64,000 nucleotides of DNA from Ignisphaera sp. Its GTDB lineage: Archaea > Thermoproteota > Thermoprotei_A > Sulfolobales > Ignisphaeraceae. The stretch's first letter is position 1, and each line of letters opens with the position of its first letter. Both the position numbers and the translations under genes were made by a program. The notes below the pieces were generated by a model. It saw only the letters and a program-made list of their open reading frames with translations. It had not been told where the DNA came from and made no database searches. The DNA lies in contig JAWBDT010000007.1 in NCBI GenBank assembly GCA_038821645.1, positions 1-64,000 of the forward strand, in the 5' to 3' direction. Of the stretch, positions 38,926-48,974 are shown one piece after another.

Positions 38926-40230
38926 TTGATAAACTTTAGGACAAGGGTATCAGATATGATTAAAACAATATTAATAGTAATAGATGGAGCTACAGATGGC
39001 ATTAGATTCAGACCTACGTCTCTAGAATTAGCCTATACACCAGGTCTTGACACTCTAGCGCAATATGCTGTTGGTGGATGTTTCCATCCAATAGATCCTG
39101 GTACACCACCAGAGAGTGATGCTGCAGTATTCTCTATACTGGGGTATGATCCGAAGAATATAAATATTGGTAGAGGTATTCTTGAAGCGTTAGGTGTTGG
39201 TATAGAGATTAGAGAAGGTTATGAAGTAGCTTTTAGAGCCAACTTTGCTACTATCGATCCCTCTACACTACGAATCTTAGATAGAAGAGTTGGTAGAAAT
39301 CTTTCTTCAGAAGAAGCAAAAGAATTAGCTAAGGCTTTAGATGGTATGGAGCTTGGAGTATATGATGGATATGCAAAAGTTGTAGCTACAATAGGTCATA
39401 GAGCTGTTGTGATCATAGGTAGCAGAAGTAAAAAGTTGAGTGCCAATGTATCTAATACTGATCCAGCATATGAAAGAGAAGGAAGGATTTCGGTAGCTCT
39501 GAAGAGCTTCGATCCTACTGTATCACCTTGTAGACCACTTGATGATTCTGAAGAAGCTAAAATCACATGTGAGTTAGTCAATGTGTTCACATCTAAAGCT
39601 ATAGACATTCTAGAGAAACATATAGTGAATATTAAAAGAGCTGAGAAAGGTTTATTGAAGGCTAATGTTCTACTCTTGAGAGATGCCGAAGACAGAGTAC
39701 CGAGTATTCAACCAATTAAAGAAGTTTATGGAAAATCTTTTGGAATTATTGCAGAAATGCCTGTAGAAATAGGTATAGGTGTGCTTTTGGGTATGGATAT
39801 ATCTAGGGTATCGATCTCAGGGACAGTTGAAGATATGTATAGAGAACGAGTAGAAAAAACTCTAGAGCTTCTTAATAGAAATGATGTTGTTTATGTACAT
39901 CTTAAGGGACCAGACGAACCAGGGCATGATGGTGATAAAAAGAGAAAGGTTATATCTATAGAGGCTATAGATAGATATTATATTCAACCTCTTATAAAAT
40001 CCATTGATTTAAATAATGTCGTAGTAATAGTAACATCAGATCATTGCACACCTCCAGAGTTAAAAGCACATAGCGGTGATGCTGTTCCATTCATAGTAGC
40101 ACATAAACGTTTAAAGAAATTCGATGGATTCACTAGATTTACAGAAGCTGAATGCTGTACCAAAGGATCGCTTGGAGTTTTTGAAAGGGGCCACATGGTT
40201 CTAAATAAAATATTTAGCTTACTAAAGTAG
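38926..40230 (+). CDS. apgM: 2,3-bisphosphoglycerate-independent phosphoglycerate mutase
   Basis: IDG..D, PESD, LGYDP, GRG.LEALG, AFRANFAT, HLKGPDEPGHDG, TSDHCTP, HSGDAVP; likely start ATG about 38956. Confidence 0.92.
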   Translation: MINFRTRVSDMIKTILIVIDGATDGIRFRPTSLELAYTPGLDTLAQYAVGGCFHPIDPGTPPESDAAVFSILGYDPKNINIGRGILEALGVGIEIREGYEVAFRANFATIDPSTLRILDRRVGRNLSSEEAKELAKALDGMELGVYDGYAKVVATIGHRAVVIIGSRSKKLSANVSNTDPAYEREGRISVALKSFDPTVSPCRPLDDSEEAKITCELVNVFTSKAIDILEKHIVNIKRAEKGLLKANVLLLRDAEDRVPSIQPIKEVYGKSFGIIAEMPVEIGIGVLLGMDISRVSISGTVEDMYRERVEKTLELLNRNDVVYVHLKGPDEPGHDGDKKRKVISIEAIDRYYIQPLIKSIDLNNVVVIVTSDHCTPPELKAHSGDAVPFIVAHKRLKKFDGFTRFTEAECCTKGSLGVFERGHMVLNKIFSLLK

Positions 40231-40241
40231 ACTACAGTTAG

Positions 40242-40291
40242 ATGATGTTTGCACCTCCTATCTGAATAATGATGAACGGTAAGAGTGCTGA
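40242..40291 (+). ncRNA. Box C/D guide sRNA, D' guide complementary to 16S rRNA
   Basis: C ATGATGT, guide TTGCACCTCCTAT, D' CTGA, C' ATGATGA, guide ACGGTAAGAGTG, D CTGA; TGCACCTCCT is complementary to the archaeal 16S segment AGGAGGUGCA (recalled). Confidence 0.75.
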
Positions 40292-40313
40292 AGAAAGATG
40301 GTAGAGTGAGAAT

Positions 40314-41318
40314 ATGGGATATGTTGTAGGGGTTGACATAGGAGGTACATGGATTAGAGTAGCACTAGCTTCAAAAGATGGCTCTATAACTAAGAGATAC
40401 ATTACACCAACTCCTAGGGAAGGAGATAAATACACAGTTGCAAATACTATAACTGAAATAATTCGAAATATATTTTCTAGTTACATCCAAGAAATTGAGG
40501 CTATTGGTATAGGTACAGCAGGACCTCTGGATCTATCCAAAGGTACTGTAATAGGGGCACCCAACATACCTATACATGTGTTTGAATTAGGTAAACCGCT
40601 TACAGAGGAGTTCAAAAAACCTGTGATTGTAGCAAATGACTGTATTGCTGCTGTATGGGGAGAAAAGCTATTCGGTTTAGGTCAAGATAAAAGCAACATA
40701 GTCTATATAACTTTAAGTACGGGTATAGGAGGAGGAGTCATTGTAAACGATACACTACTTCTGGGTAAGATGGGTAACGCTCATGAGGTAGGACATATGG
40801 TTGTAGATATTGAGGGTAGAATGGAATGTGGTTGTGGCGGTAAAGGTCATTGGGAAGCCTATGCAGGTGGCGCAAATATTCCAAAATTTGCTTCAAATAT
40901 TATAAAGGACTCCAAGTTAAATGATGAAGATAAGGAATCACCTATATATAAAGCATTTATTGAACAAAAATTAACGTCTGAGATGATATATAGAGAAGCA
41001 TCTAAAGGCGATAAACTTGCCCTCAAAATTGTTAATGAGATCAATAAATACAATATTGCTGGATTTGAAAACATAATAAATGTTTATGATCCAGAGATAA
41101 TCACTATTGGAGGCGCTATAGCGCTCAAGAACCCTCCAACACTTGTTGTTGAGCCTATAAGGAAAGGTATCGAAAATTCAAAAGGTGTAGTTACATATAG
41201 GCCAAGAATAGAATTAACACCTCTTGGAGAAGATATAGTATTGATAGGGGCAATAGCGTTAGCTGTAAAACCTCCAAGAAACCTCATCTCTATGCTAAAA
41301 TATCTAGAACAACCGTAG
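40314..41318 (+). CDS. ROK family glucokinase/hexokinase
   Basis: GVDIGGT, ANDC, STGIGGG, HEVGH, CGCGGKGHWE. Confidence 0.9.
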   Translation: MGYVVGVDIGGTWIRVALASKDGSITKRYITPTPREGDKYTVANTITEIIRNIFSSYIQEIEAIGIGTAGPLDLSKGTVIGAPNIPIHVFELGKPLTEEFKKPVIVANDCIAAVWGEKLFGLGQDKSNIVYITLSTGIGGGVIVNDTLLLGKMGNAHEVGHMVVDIEGRMECGCGGKGHWEAYAGGANIPKFASNIIKDSKLNDEDKESPIYKAFIEQKLTSEMIYREASKGDKLALKIVNEINKYNIAGFENIINVYDPEIITIGGAIALKNPPTLVVEPIRKGIENSKGVVTYRPRIELTPLGEDIVLIGAIALAVKPPRNLISMLKYLEQP

Positions 41319-41322
41319 GATC

Positions 41323-42246
41323 ATGAAGATAATAAACATTAGTATAGATCTAGACTTCGAGTTACTTTTTTACCCATCTTTTGCATTACCGCTACTTGAT
41401 GTACATAGAGATAAAGTAAGGAAGCGTTGGGGTAATTGCGCAGGACTCGTGATAGAAAAAAATAACGATAAAATTAAGCTATATCACAGTAGAACAGAAT
41501 GTTTAGAGTATGCAGAAGAAATTCTAGGTCTATGGTCTCTACCAAAACGTATAGCGTCTAATGTTAGTAGAAGATATAGAGATTTTGTTGAAAGACTTGT
41601 TGAAAAATATGAATGGTTTGGTATAGCCACGTCTTCTCAAGATGATGTAGAAATATTTTCATCTATACTTCTATCTAAAAACACAAACTTTCATACAAAT
41701 GTTGTTAGATGGATTAGAAATATGTTAGAGAGGTATGGCTGTGTATCTGCTTTATTGAATATTGATATGAGAGAAATCTCAGAATATATTGGTAAGAGTT
41801 ACCAGATCTATGAACTAATGTATGTCTTAAGGATATACATGAAGTTAAGAGACAATATACTATCGCTAAACGATGCATATTTGCTCAAAAAGCTTCTCTT
41901 AGGCATAAAGGGTGTGGGTCTAAAGGTCTTTAACGCATATATGCTTTTCGTGAAAAAGAATACATTCTATGCCCCTATAGACAGAAATTTGGTAAATTTT
42001 CTAAAGAGGTTTGAATTAACATCAAATATTGTTGTAGAAATACCGAGAAAAGACTTGTGTAAAAAATACATATGTAACTCATGTGTCTTAAAATATACAT
42101 GTTCATATTACAGGTTTCAAGAAGCGTTTAAAGAATTATCAGGATGGATTCAAACAATAGCGTATGTGTATAACAAAACTAGATGTAGTAAAGCATTGTG
42201 TTCTACCTGTATACTAAAGGACTTATGTAGAGAAAGAAAGATATGA
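41323..42246 (+). CDS. HhH-GPD DNA glycosylase-like protein with two Cys4 motifs
   Basis: ILLSKNT, LLGIKGVGLKV (HhH with Lys), APIDRN (catalytic Asp), two CX4CX2CX5C motifs. Confidence 0.7.
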   Translation: MKIINISIDLDFELLFYPSFALPLLDVHRDKVRKRWGNCAGLVIEKNNDKIKLYHSRTECLEYAEEILGLWSLPKRIASNVSRRYRDFVERLVEKYEWFGIATSSQDDVEIFSSILLSKNTNFHTNVVRWIRNMLERYGCVSALLNIDMREISEYIGKSYQIYELMYVLRIYMKLRDNILSLNDAYLLKKLLLGIKGVGLKVFNAYMLFVKKNTFYAPIDRNLVNFLKRFELTSNIVVEIPRKDLCKKYICNSCVLKYTCSYYRFQEAFKELSGWIQTIAYVYNKTRCSKALCSTCILKDLCRERKI

Positions 42247-42333
42247 ATATTTTGCTCAGCTAGGAATCTAGTAATTACGTAGCAATTCAACAAACATTTT
42301 TTAGCTTGGAATAATATAAGTTTTGAGAAGAAT

Positions 42334-43065
42334 ATGAAGCCACTAACCATAGTGCTAGCTGAGTCAGGTATAGAACTTGTACCAAAATCTATTCAAAACC
42401 ATCCATCAGTTATTAATAGTGCTAGAAGAAGGAATAAGGATCCTTCTCACATACTACTTGATATATCTCTTCATTACAGAGCTATGAAAAAACTTAATGA
42501 ATGGTATAAAAGAGGTAGACCAGATATTGTTCACATTTCTCTACTTAATGCATTTTCTAGTCCACTAAACATGGTAAAACTTTTGAGAGTATATGTTCAT
42601 ACATATGACGATAGAATAATCTATATACATCCTTCTACACGCATTCCTAGGAACTACAATAGATTCGTAGGTTTAATGGAGCAACTACTACTTGTTGGTA
42701 AAGTTCCTCCAGAGAGCACTAATCCTTTAATATTTATCGAGAAAAAACCTCTAACAGTATTTATATCTGAAAAATCTTTTGATAGAATACTGATAATGCA
42801 TGAAAAAGGTGACCTAATACCTCCAAATTCTTTAGGTAGATCAATAGCTAGAGATATGAAGAATGATAGAAGTGTATGTATAATTATTGGAGCATTTCAA
42901 CACGGAGATTTCAGAAGGGAGTTTTTAACATTATCTAGAGAACATGTATCGATATTTCCTAAACCCTTAGATGCATGGATAGTTGTATCCAGAGTTATTG
43001 AAGGTATTGAAAATACCTTAAACATATACTCAAAGAAATCACTAAGTATGAGCATAAACATTTAA
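42334..43065 (+). CDS. nep1: 16S rRNA pseudouridine N1-methyltransferase Nep1
   Basis: LAESGIELVP, RGRPDIVH, RIPRNYNRFVGLMEQL, IGAFQHGDF. Confidence 0.93.
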   Translation: MKPLTIVLAESGIELVPKSIQNHPSVINSARRRNKDPSHILLDISLHYRAMKKLNEWYKRGRPDIVHISLLNAFSSPLNMVKLLRVYVHTYDDRIIYIHPSTRIPRNYNRFVGLMEQLLLVGKVPPESTNPLIFIEKKPLTVFISEKSFDRILIMHEKGDLIPPNSLGRSIARDMKNDRSVCIIIGAFQHGDFRREFLTLSREHVSIFPKPLDAWIVVSRVIEGIENTLNIYSKKSLSMSINI

Positions 43066-43120
43066 GTATTTAACAATGAAATGTGTCTCTATAGATAATT
43101 CATGATACGGTTATGCACAT

Positions 43121-43618
43121 ATGGATGGAGAAAGTGAGAAAGATGCTTTAATAAAATGTTGCACTTTTGTTGATACTCTTGTTGATATTGTTAAGCATCA
43201 AGATAACTGTATAGAAATTCTACTCGATTATTCTCTAACAAGATATCCTTACCTCTCTATCACATTATACTTATTAGATTGTAAAAATATTCGAAACAGC
43301 TGGAGTAATCTACTGTATACAGATGTTTTAAGTATTACTATGAAGATAGAGACCCTATACAAAAACAATATTAATTTATTTGAAGATATTATTTTACTTA
43401 AAATAGGCTGTGAAGATTCATGGCTTGAATATGGTTATGTTGTCTCTAAATCTTTTTCAGGTATATATAATGTGGTCAAGGGTTGGTCTATAGGTTGTAA
43501 CGGTAAAAAGAATGTGTTGAAAGTATCTAGAGAAGATATATGTGGAAATATTTTAGAATTAGTTGCAGAGATTGTAAGGAAAACTAAGATGATTATGGAG
43601 AGCGAAGGTATGATCTAA
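43121..43618 (+). CDS. Hypothetical protein
   Basis: Host-like ORF, no motif recognised. Confidence 0.5.
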   Translation: MDGESEKDALIKCCTFVDTLVDIVKHQDNCIEILLDYSLTRYPYLSITLYLLDCKNIRNSWSNLLYTDVLSITMKIETLYKNNINLFEDIILLKIGCEDSWLEYGYVVSKSFSGIYNVVKGWSIGCNGKKNVLKVSREDICGNILELVAEIVRKTKMIMESEGMI

Positions 43619-43709
43619 TGTCTAACTAATGTTTTGCAAGATGTCAACTCTTTTAATAACTATCGTAAGACTATTATATCTCACTCTTACTTTAAGGCTT
43701 ACGTAGTAG

Positions 43710-44774
43710 GTGGTACTAAATATGAATAAAAGCGGAATTATTGGATGGGGTGTTTATATACCTGTATATCGTATTAAGGCTAAAGATATTGCATCTTTCT
43801 GGGGATATGATGAAGAATATGTGAATAGTATATGGATTGAGGAAAAAGCTGTAGGCAACATAGATGAAGATAGCGTTACGATAGGTTTTAGAGCAGCTCA
43901 GTATTCTATTAAAAGAGCTGGAATAGATCCTAGATCTATAGATGCTGTTTATCTAGGAACTGAGAGTAAGCCTTATGCAGTAAAACCTGGTGCAACAATT
44001 ATAGCTGAAGCTTTAGGTGTGAAACCTACACATCTTGTTGCAGATCTAGAGTTCGCATGTAGAGCAGCATCAGAGGCTATAAGGATTGGTGTTTCGCTTG
44101 TTGAAAGCGGTCATGCAAAGTATGTCTTAGCTATAGGTTCTGATACAGCACAAGCAAGTCCTGGAGATGTGCTAGAGTTCACAGTTAGTAGTGGAGGTGC
44201 CGCATATATAATTGGACCATATAGTGAATCTGTAGCTATATTCGAAGGTATGGTTACATATTCTACAGATACACCAGACTTCTGGAGAAGGGATGGAGCT
44301 CCTTATCCAAGACATGGAGAAGGTTTCACAGGTGAACCTGCATATTTCAGCCATATAGTTTCAGCAGCTAAGATGTTAATGGAGAATCTGGGTCTAAAGC
44401 CCTCAGATTTCGATTACGCAGTATTTCATCAACCAAATGGTAGATTTCCTTTAAGAGTAGCGTCTATGATTGGTATACCGAAAGAGAAGGTGTTGCCTGG
44501 GATAGTAACACCATGGATTGGAAACACATATAATGCTTCAATGCTCATAGGTTTAGCGAAAATTCTTGAAGAAGCAAAGCCAAATCAAAGAGTTTTAGCT
44601 GTATCTTTTGGAAGTGGTGCTGGTAGTGATGCATTTAGCATACTCATTACCGATAAAGTACTAGAGGCTGTGGATAAAGCTCCAAGAGTAAAGTACTTCT
44701 TAGAGAATAAAAAGTATGTGAAGTATCATGAATATGCTAAAATGAGGAGCCTACTATCCATGTATAGAATTTAG
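43710..44774 (+). CDS. Hydroxymethylglutaryl-CoA synthase (archaeal)
   Basis: DEDSVT, GTESKPYAVKP, DLEFAC (catalytic Cys), DTPDFWRR, FTGEPAYF, FHQPNG, GNTY, SFGSGAGSD. Confidence 0.93.
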   Translation: MVLNMNKSGIIGWGVYIPVYRIKAKDIASFWGYDEEYVNSIWIEEKAVGNIDEDSVTIGFRAAQYSIKRAGIDPRSIDAVYLGTESKPYAVKPGATIIAEALGVKPTHLVADLEFACRAASEAIRIGVSLVESGHAKYVLAIGSDTAQASPGDVLEFTVSSGGAAYIIGPYSESVAIFEGMVTYSTDTPDFWRRDGAPYPRHGEGFTGEPAYFSHIVSAAKMLMENLGLKPSDFDYAVFHQPNGRFPLRVASMIGIPKEKVLPGIVTPWIGNTYNASMLIGLAKILEEAKPNQRVLAVSFGSGAGSDAFSILITDKVLEAVDKAPRVKYFLENKKYVKYHEYAKMRSLLSMYRI

Positions 44775-44923
44775 CACTTATAACCATCTATACAGAGGCC
44801 AAGTCTTTTAGCTATTGTACATAGACTATTTAGACCAACTATGGCTTTACCTTTTCTTTCGGTCCTAATTACAGCAATCTTACCCAAAATATTTACAGAA
44901 GCTTTTTCACATTTATCTACCAT
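44771..44923 (-). CDS. Small 50-aa hypothetical protein below the ORF-track cutoff
   Basis: MVDKCEKASVNILGKIAVIRTERKGKAIVGLNSLCTIAKRLGLCIDGYKC*; fills the gap and its stop overlaps the HMG-CoA synthase stop. Confidence 0.5.
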   Translation of the reverse strand: MVDKCEKASVNILGKIAVIRTERKGKAIVGLNSLCTIAKRLGLCIDGYKC

Positions 44924-44985
44924 ATATCTCTAAACCCTTCAATCAGTATAATTACCGAAATTCTCTAAGAGAATATTGTATACAT

Positions 44986-45465
44986 TTAGAACAGATCTTC
45001 ATCTTCTATGTATTCGCTTTCCTCATATTCCTCATGATGCTCCAACGTATCTGTTGAAAATCTTAAACCACTTTTCTCAAAAATCTTGAGGGCTTCACCA
45101 AGAGGTAGACCAGTTTTCCTGAGTTTTGCCGCCATAGAGCCCCATCTAGATCTAAACTTTGATGGAACTAGAGGTCTTACTCTTTTTGCTGTTTTTCTAG
45201 GCACATAGTTTTGATCCATGCCTGGAAGCCCGAAAGCACCGTCGGGTAGCTCAACAATTTCATCTCTTTCTATAAGTCTTATCAGTATCTTTCTAAGCCT
45301 GTCCTCACCTGCAATACCACTAAATCTCTCTCTAAGCTCTCTCCAGACTAGAGGTCTTCCAGCAGATTTAATGTATTCTTTAACAAGCCTTTCTAACTCC
45401 TCTTCTGTAGGTGCCTTAAATACCTCTACATCTTCATCTTCATAAAGTTTCTTAAGCTTCACCAT
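44986..45465 (-). CDS. Winged-helix-like protein with basic linker and acidic tail
   Basis: RPLVWRELRERF...EDRLRKILIRLIERDEIVELPDG wHTH-like; AGGTGAG RBS. Confidence 0.6.
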   Translation of the reverse strand: MVKLKKLYEDEDVEVFKAPTEEELERLVKEYIKSAGRPLVWRELRERFSGIAGEDRLRKILIRLIERDEIVELPDGAFGLPGMDQNYVPRKTAKRVRPLVPSKFRSRWGSMAAKLRKTGLPLGEALKIFEKSGLRFSTDTLEHHEEYEESEYIEDEDLF

Positions 45466-45599
45466 CTACTCACCTAATACAGTATATGCATTAAGGTTTA
45501 TAAACTTTCTTATCATGAATAGTAAAAACGCCTATATATTTTAATCATTTTTTCTCCTGCTTATATATTATCACAATACTATGATATCTATGGATAACT

Positions 45600-45908
45600 A
45601 TGAATGAAGAAACAATCAAACTTATAGTAATTGGAACCAGACCTGAAGATATTGTTAGATGCATCATTATAGCTAGTAAAGCCAGGAAATATGTTCGGCA
45701 TTATGCTAATGTACATATATTTCTAGCATCAAATTCCAAAGGCTTTAGCGGTATTGCTGTTGAAGACGAGGTCTTTGTTGAATGTATAGATGAAGAAGAA
45801 TCATTGGAGCAGATAATAGATGGCATATCTAGAGTAGTATCGAAAAGAAAATTTATGGGAGTTCCACTAGCAGCAGGAGTAACAGATGAAGAGATAGAAA
45901 CTTGGTAA
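45600..45908 (+). CDS. Hypothetical protein
   Basis: Host-like ORF, possibly thioredoxin-like fold; no firm motif. Confidence 0.45.
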   Translation: MNEETIKLIVIGTRPEDIVRCIIIASKARKYVRHYANVHIFLASNSKGFSGIAVEDEVFVECIDEEESLEQIIDGISRVVSKRKFMGVPLAAGVTDEEIETW

Positions 45909-46040
45909 AGAACTATTAGAGATATATTAAGTATCAAGATTTAGATGCATCATATCTTTGTACCTTAAAGCATATATACTTTTCAGATATAAAAGTCTGG
46001 GAAACAGTATATACCTAGGATACAAAAAACGTTTTTACAG

Positions 46041-46778
46041 GTGTGTATAATGTCTGAATCCATAGAGTATTCAGGACTAGTAGTAGAGCTACTGTCTAGT
46101 CTTAAGAGATTCCTAAAATTCAAAGAACTTGAAAATATCTTAGAGATCTCTATACCGACTCTTTGGAGATACATACATGGTGATATAAAGCCTACAGAAG
46201 ATAGAGCAAAAAACATGCTTATGAAGTTACTCAGCAAACCCGTAATAGACATAGTTATGTCTAGGATCGTCAAAATGGTTGATAGTGATGTAGTGAATCT
46301 ATATAGTATTGTATACAATATAGATGTACTGACTTTAGCATCTATAGACGCTTTATTATGGAGCAAAGACCTAGGTCTTACAGCTGTAGTAACAGTTGAG
46401 GTTGATGGGATATCTCTTGCAACAATGATTGCAAAAAGGCTAGGAACAAAATTAATTGTTATTAAGAGAAGAAAGGAGGTGGGATTCGATAAATTTATAG
46501 AGTTAAGCTACGTTACATCAATGCCTCCAGAAGTAGTTACATTATATCTACCTGAAGGTGTACTTGGATATGGAGATAGGGTTCTAGTTGTAGATGATCT
46601 TGTTAGAAGTGGAAGAACAAGTGGAGCTGTATGTGAATTAGTTAAGAAAAGTGGCGCAAAAGCTGTAGGATTCTATGCTCTTACAAGCATAGGGAACACA
46701 TGGAAAAAAATTGTGAGTCAATACGTAGGTGAACACTACAAATCACTATTTGAGTTAAAGGCTCCTAATGAAGTGTAG
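46041..46778 (+). CDS. HTH-phosphoribosyltransferase (PurR-like regulator)
   Basis: ISIPTLWRYIHGDIKP HTH; VLVVDDLVRSGRT PRPP-binding motif. Confidence 0.82.
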   Translation: MCIMSESIEYSGLVVELLSSLKRFLKFKELENILEISIPTLWRYIHGDIKPTEDRAKNMLMKLLSKPVIDIVMSRIVKMVDSDVVNLYSIVYNIDVLTLASIDALLWSKDLGLTAVVTVEVDGISLATMIAKRLGTKLIVIKRRKEVGFDKFIELSYVTSMPPEVVTLYLPEGVLGYGDRVLVVDDLVRSGRTSGAVCELVKKSGAKAVGFYALTSIGNTWKKIVSQYVGEHYKSLFELKAPNEV

Positions 46779-47454
46779 TCAACAAGGTATATTATCATAT
46801 ACATTACTTAACGATGTCAAGGCTATGGAGAAGATATTCGAGATCTATATAGTTACTAATATTGATATAATCTCATGTAGACAAATCCTACAAGTTATAG
46901 AGAGTCATAAGAGAAAGGTGCATCTGTTATGTGGAGGCCTTGGAGCATGTATAGATGTTATTCAGGTAATCGATAAAGGTGTTGGTATAACAAAAATACA
47001 TGATGATGATTATATAACTAAATTACTTAAGCAATATGGTCATTATTCATCAGGTAAGTGGATCTCTATAGAAGGATTGTGTATAGCTGGTATAGATGCT
47101 AAAAATCCCATCCAAAATATGGAAAGGATATCAAATACTCTACCTAGAGATTGTGAGATATATTTAATATTTTCGACCTATAATTTAACTAACACAAAAT
47201 GTGAAAAGAGTAAGGTGATGGGAAGAGAGATAGATATAGGTTTACCCAAAGATGTAATTACAAGATTTTTAGAGGGTGTTGAAAAACCATTGATATATGT
47301 CTCTTGCTCAGACTTAGCTAATGATACATGTATATATACTTTAAAAAAGAATATGATTTATGTAGCTATATCGAAATATTGTCAATTAACTGGATTGAAA
47401 ATTAATAAAAAAGATGCTGAAGTATTTATTGAAGTAAACGAAGTGTTGTGTTAG
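46768..47454 (+). CDS. Hypothetical protein, possibly a degenerate metallophosphoesterase fold
   Basis: Weak spacing resemblance (IVTNID, LCGGLG, IAGID) without metal ligands. Confidence 0.4.
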   Translation: MKCSQQGILSYTLLNDVKAMEKIFEIYIVTNIDIISCRQILQVIESHKRKVHLLCGGLGACIDVIQVIDKGVGITKIHDDDYITKLLKQYGHYSSGKWISIEGLCIAGIDAKNPIQNMERISNTLPRDCEIYLIFSTYNLTNTKCEKSKVMGREIDIGLPKDVITRFLEGVEKPLIYVSCSDLANDTCIYTLKKNMIYVAISKYCQLTGLKINKKDAEVFIEVNEVLC

Positions 47455-47566
47455 TGTCTAGGTTATAGAACGTCAACACTTATATATCTTAAAATCTGTC
47501 AAAATGATGTGCAACGCTATAGTCACCTATACTCATACTCTTAAGATGCTGTGATGGTGAACAATA

Positions 47567-48088
47567 ATGTCTATAGATGTTAATGAGTATGTGAAAATAA
47601 GACCTGCAACGAGAGATGATCTAGATGATATTATAGCAATCAATATAGAATGTCTACCTGAACACTATCCATATAGCTTCTGGTTAGAGCATTTAGAGAA
47701 ATGGAGCGATATATTCTATGTAGCTGAGGTTAATGGCCATATCGTTGGTTATACGCTTTCAAGAATTGAGGAAGGAGTAACTTTTTGCAAAGGCGGGAAA
47801 GGTAGAATAGGACATATAGTTAGTGTGGCTGTAAAAGAAGAGTATAGAGGTAGAGGTTTAGCTACGGCAATGCTATCTGCAGTAATGTATGTTCTTCAAA
47901 ACATGTATAATGTCGAGGAAATTCATCTAGAGGTACGCATCAGCAATACTAAAGCTATAAGGCTTTACGAGAAACTAGGATTCATTAAGATGGCTCAGAT
48001 TAAGAATTACTATCTCGATGGCGAAGACTCGTACATAATGGTAAAGAATCTAGCTCCTACACCATGCAGAGCTAAACCTGTAGAATAG
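47567..48088 (+). CDS. N-terminal acetyltransferase (Ard1/RimI family)
   Basis: IN..CLPEHYP, GHIVSVAV...RGRGLA, LEVRISN..AIRLYEKLGF, YYLDGED. Confidence 0.9.
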   Translation: MSIDVNEYVKIRPATRDDLDDIIAINIECLPEHYPYSFWLEHLEKWSDIFYVAEVNGHIVGYTLSRIEEGVTFCKGGKGRIGHIVSVAVKEEYRGRGLATAMLSAVMYVLQNMYNVEEIHLEVRISNTKAIRLYEKLGFIKMAQIKNYYLDGEDSYIMVKNLAPTPCRAKPVE

Positions 48089-48104
48089 CTATAGGCTGTA
48101 AACA

Positions 48105-48974
48105 ATGTATACAAGAATTATAACAAGATTCTGCAATTCTATACATTTAGAAAAGTATCCAGTTGTAATGATTAGAAGAAATGAATTAGCCATAAGGATA
48201 AGCTATAGCTATCTATCAGTCTCTGATATATGTATAGCAAATTGTTTCTTAGTGGCATCATCGCATAAACCCATGGGTTCTATTTCTATAGGACGTGTTA
48301 TTCATAGAGGTGTAGATGTAGAAAATATTTATGAAGGAATGAGAGTTGCCTTGTTTCCAATTAATTCACCTCTGTATCTAGAAACTCTAGGAGGAGCACA
48401 AGAGGTAGCAGTAATAGATCATCACTATGTTAAGTCTGCTGAACTTAGGAACTATAACGATATAGAAACAATGTTGATAGCAGCCTTATCTGTAGAAGGT
48501 GGTGCTGTAGACTTGGTTAAGGGAAAGGATGTTTTAATCATAGGTAATGATATTTCTATACTTACTTTTGCATATTATGCATCACGATACTCATGTAGAA
48601 TAGGAATAATACCCAAACTAACTATAAACAGTAAGGTCCTTAAAGGTGAACATGTGTCTCTACATAATTCGGATAGAAAATTCGAAACGATTATAGTAGC
48701 TACACCAGATCCTATGGCCATCTGCTTAGCTATAAAGAATTTGGCAACCCATAAAGCCACAATAGTACTTTATCCACATCTACACAAACTTCTAAACGGG
48801 ATTTGTATCAACAATAAAGAGGTAAAGATAATAACTATTGCGCTAGGAGACATGCAGATAGGAGCTGAAGTTTTTGAAAATTTTAAGGAGCTCTTGATGA
48901 AGGAGATAACAATTGTTGATCCTGAAGATTTGACAAAACATATTTCTAGACCTCTAATTCTGAGATTTAGATGA
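48105..48974 (+). CDS. Degenerate medium-chain (Zn-ADH-like) dehydrogenase fold protein
   Basis: IRISYSYLSVSD, G..SIGRVI..G.DV...EG.RV, GGAQE layout of MDR, but the catalytic Cys and GHE are missing. Confidence 0.5.
   Translation: MYTRIITRFCNSIHLEKYPVVMIRRNELAIRISYSYLSVSDICIANCFLVASSHKPMGSISIGRVIHRGVDVENIYEGMRVALFPINSPLYLETLGGAQEVAVIDHHYVKSAELRNYNDIETMLIAALSVEGGAVDLVKGKDVLIIGNDISILTFAYYASRYSCRIGIIPKLTINSKVLKGEHVSLHNSDRKFETIIVATPDPMAICLAIKNLATHKATIVLYPHLHKLLNGICINNKEVKIITIALGDMQIGAEVFENFKELLMKEITIVDPEDLTKHISRPLILRFR

Noticed and set aside
47504-47552. C/D-like ATGATGT upstream of ard1
   Set aside because: No convincing D', C' or D boxes
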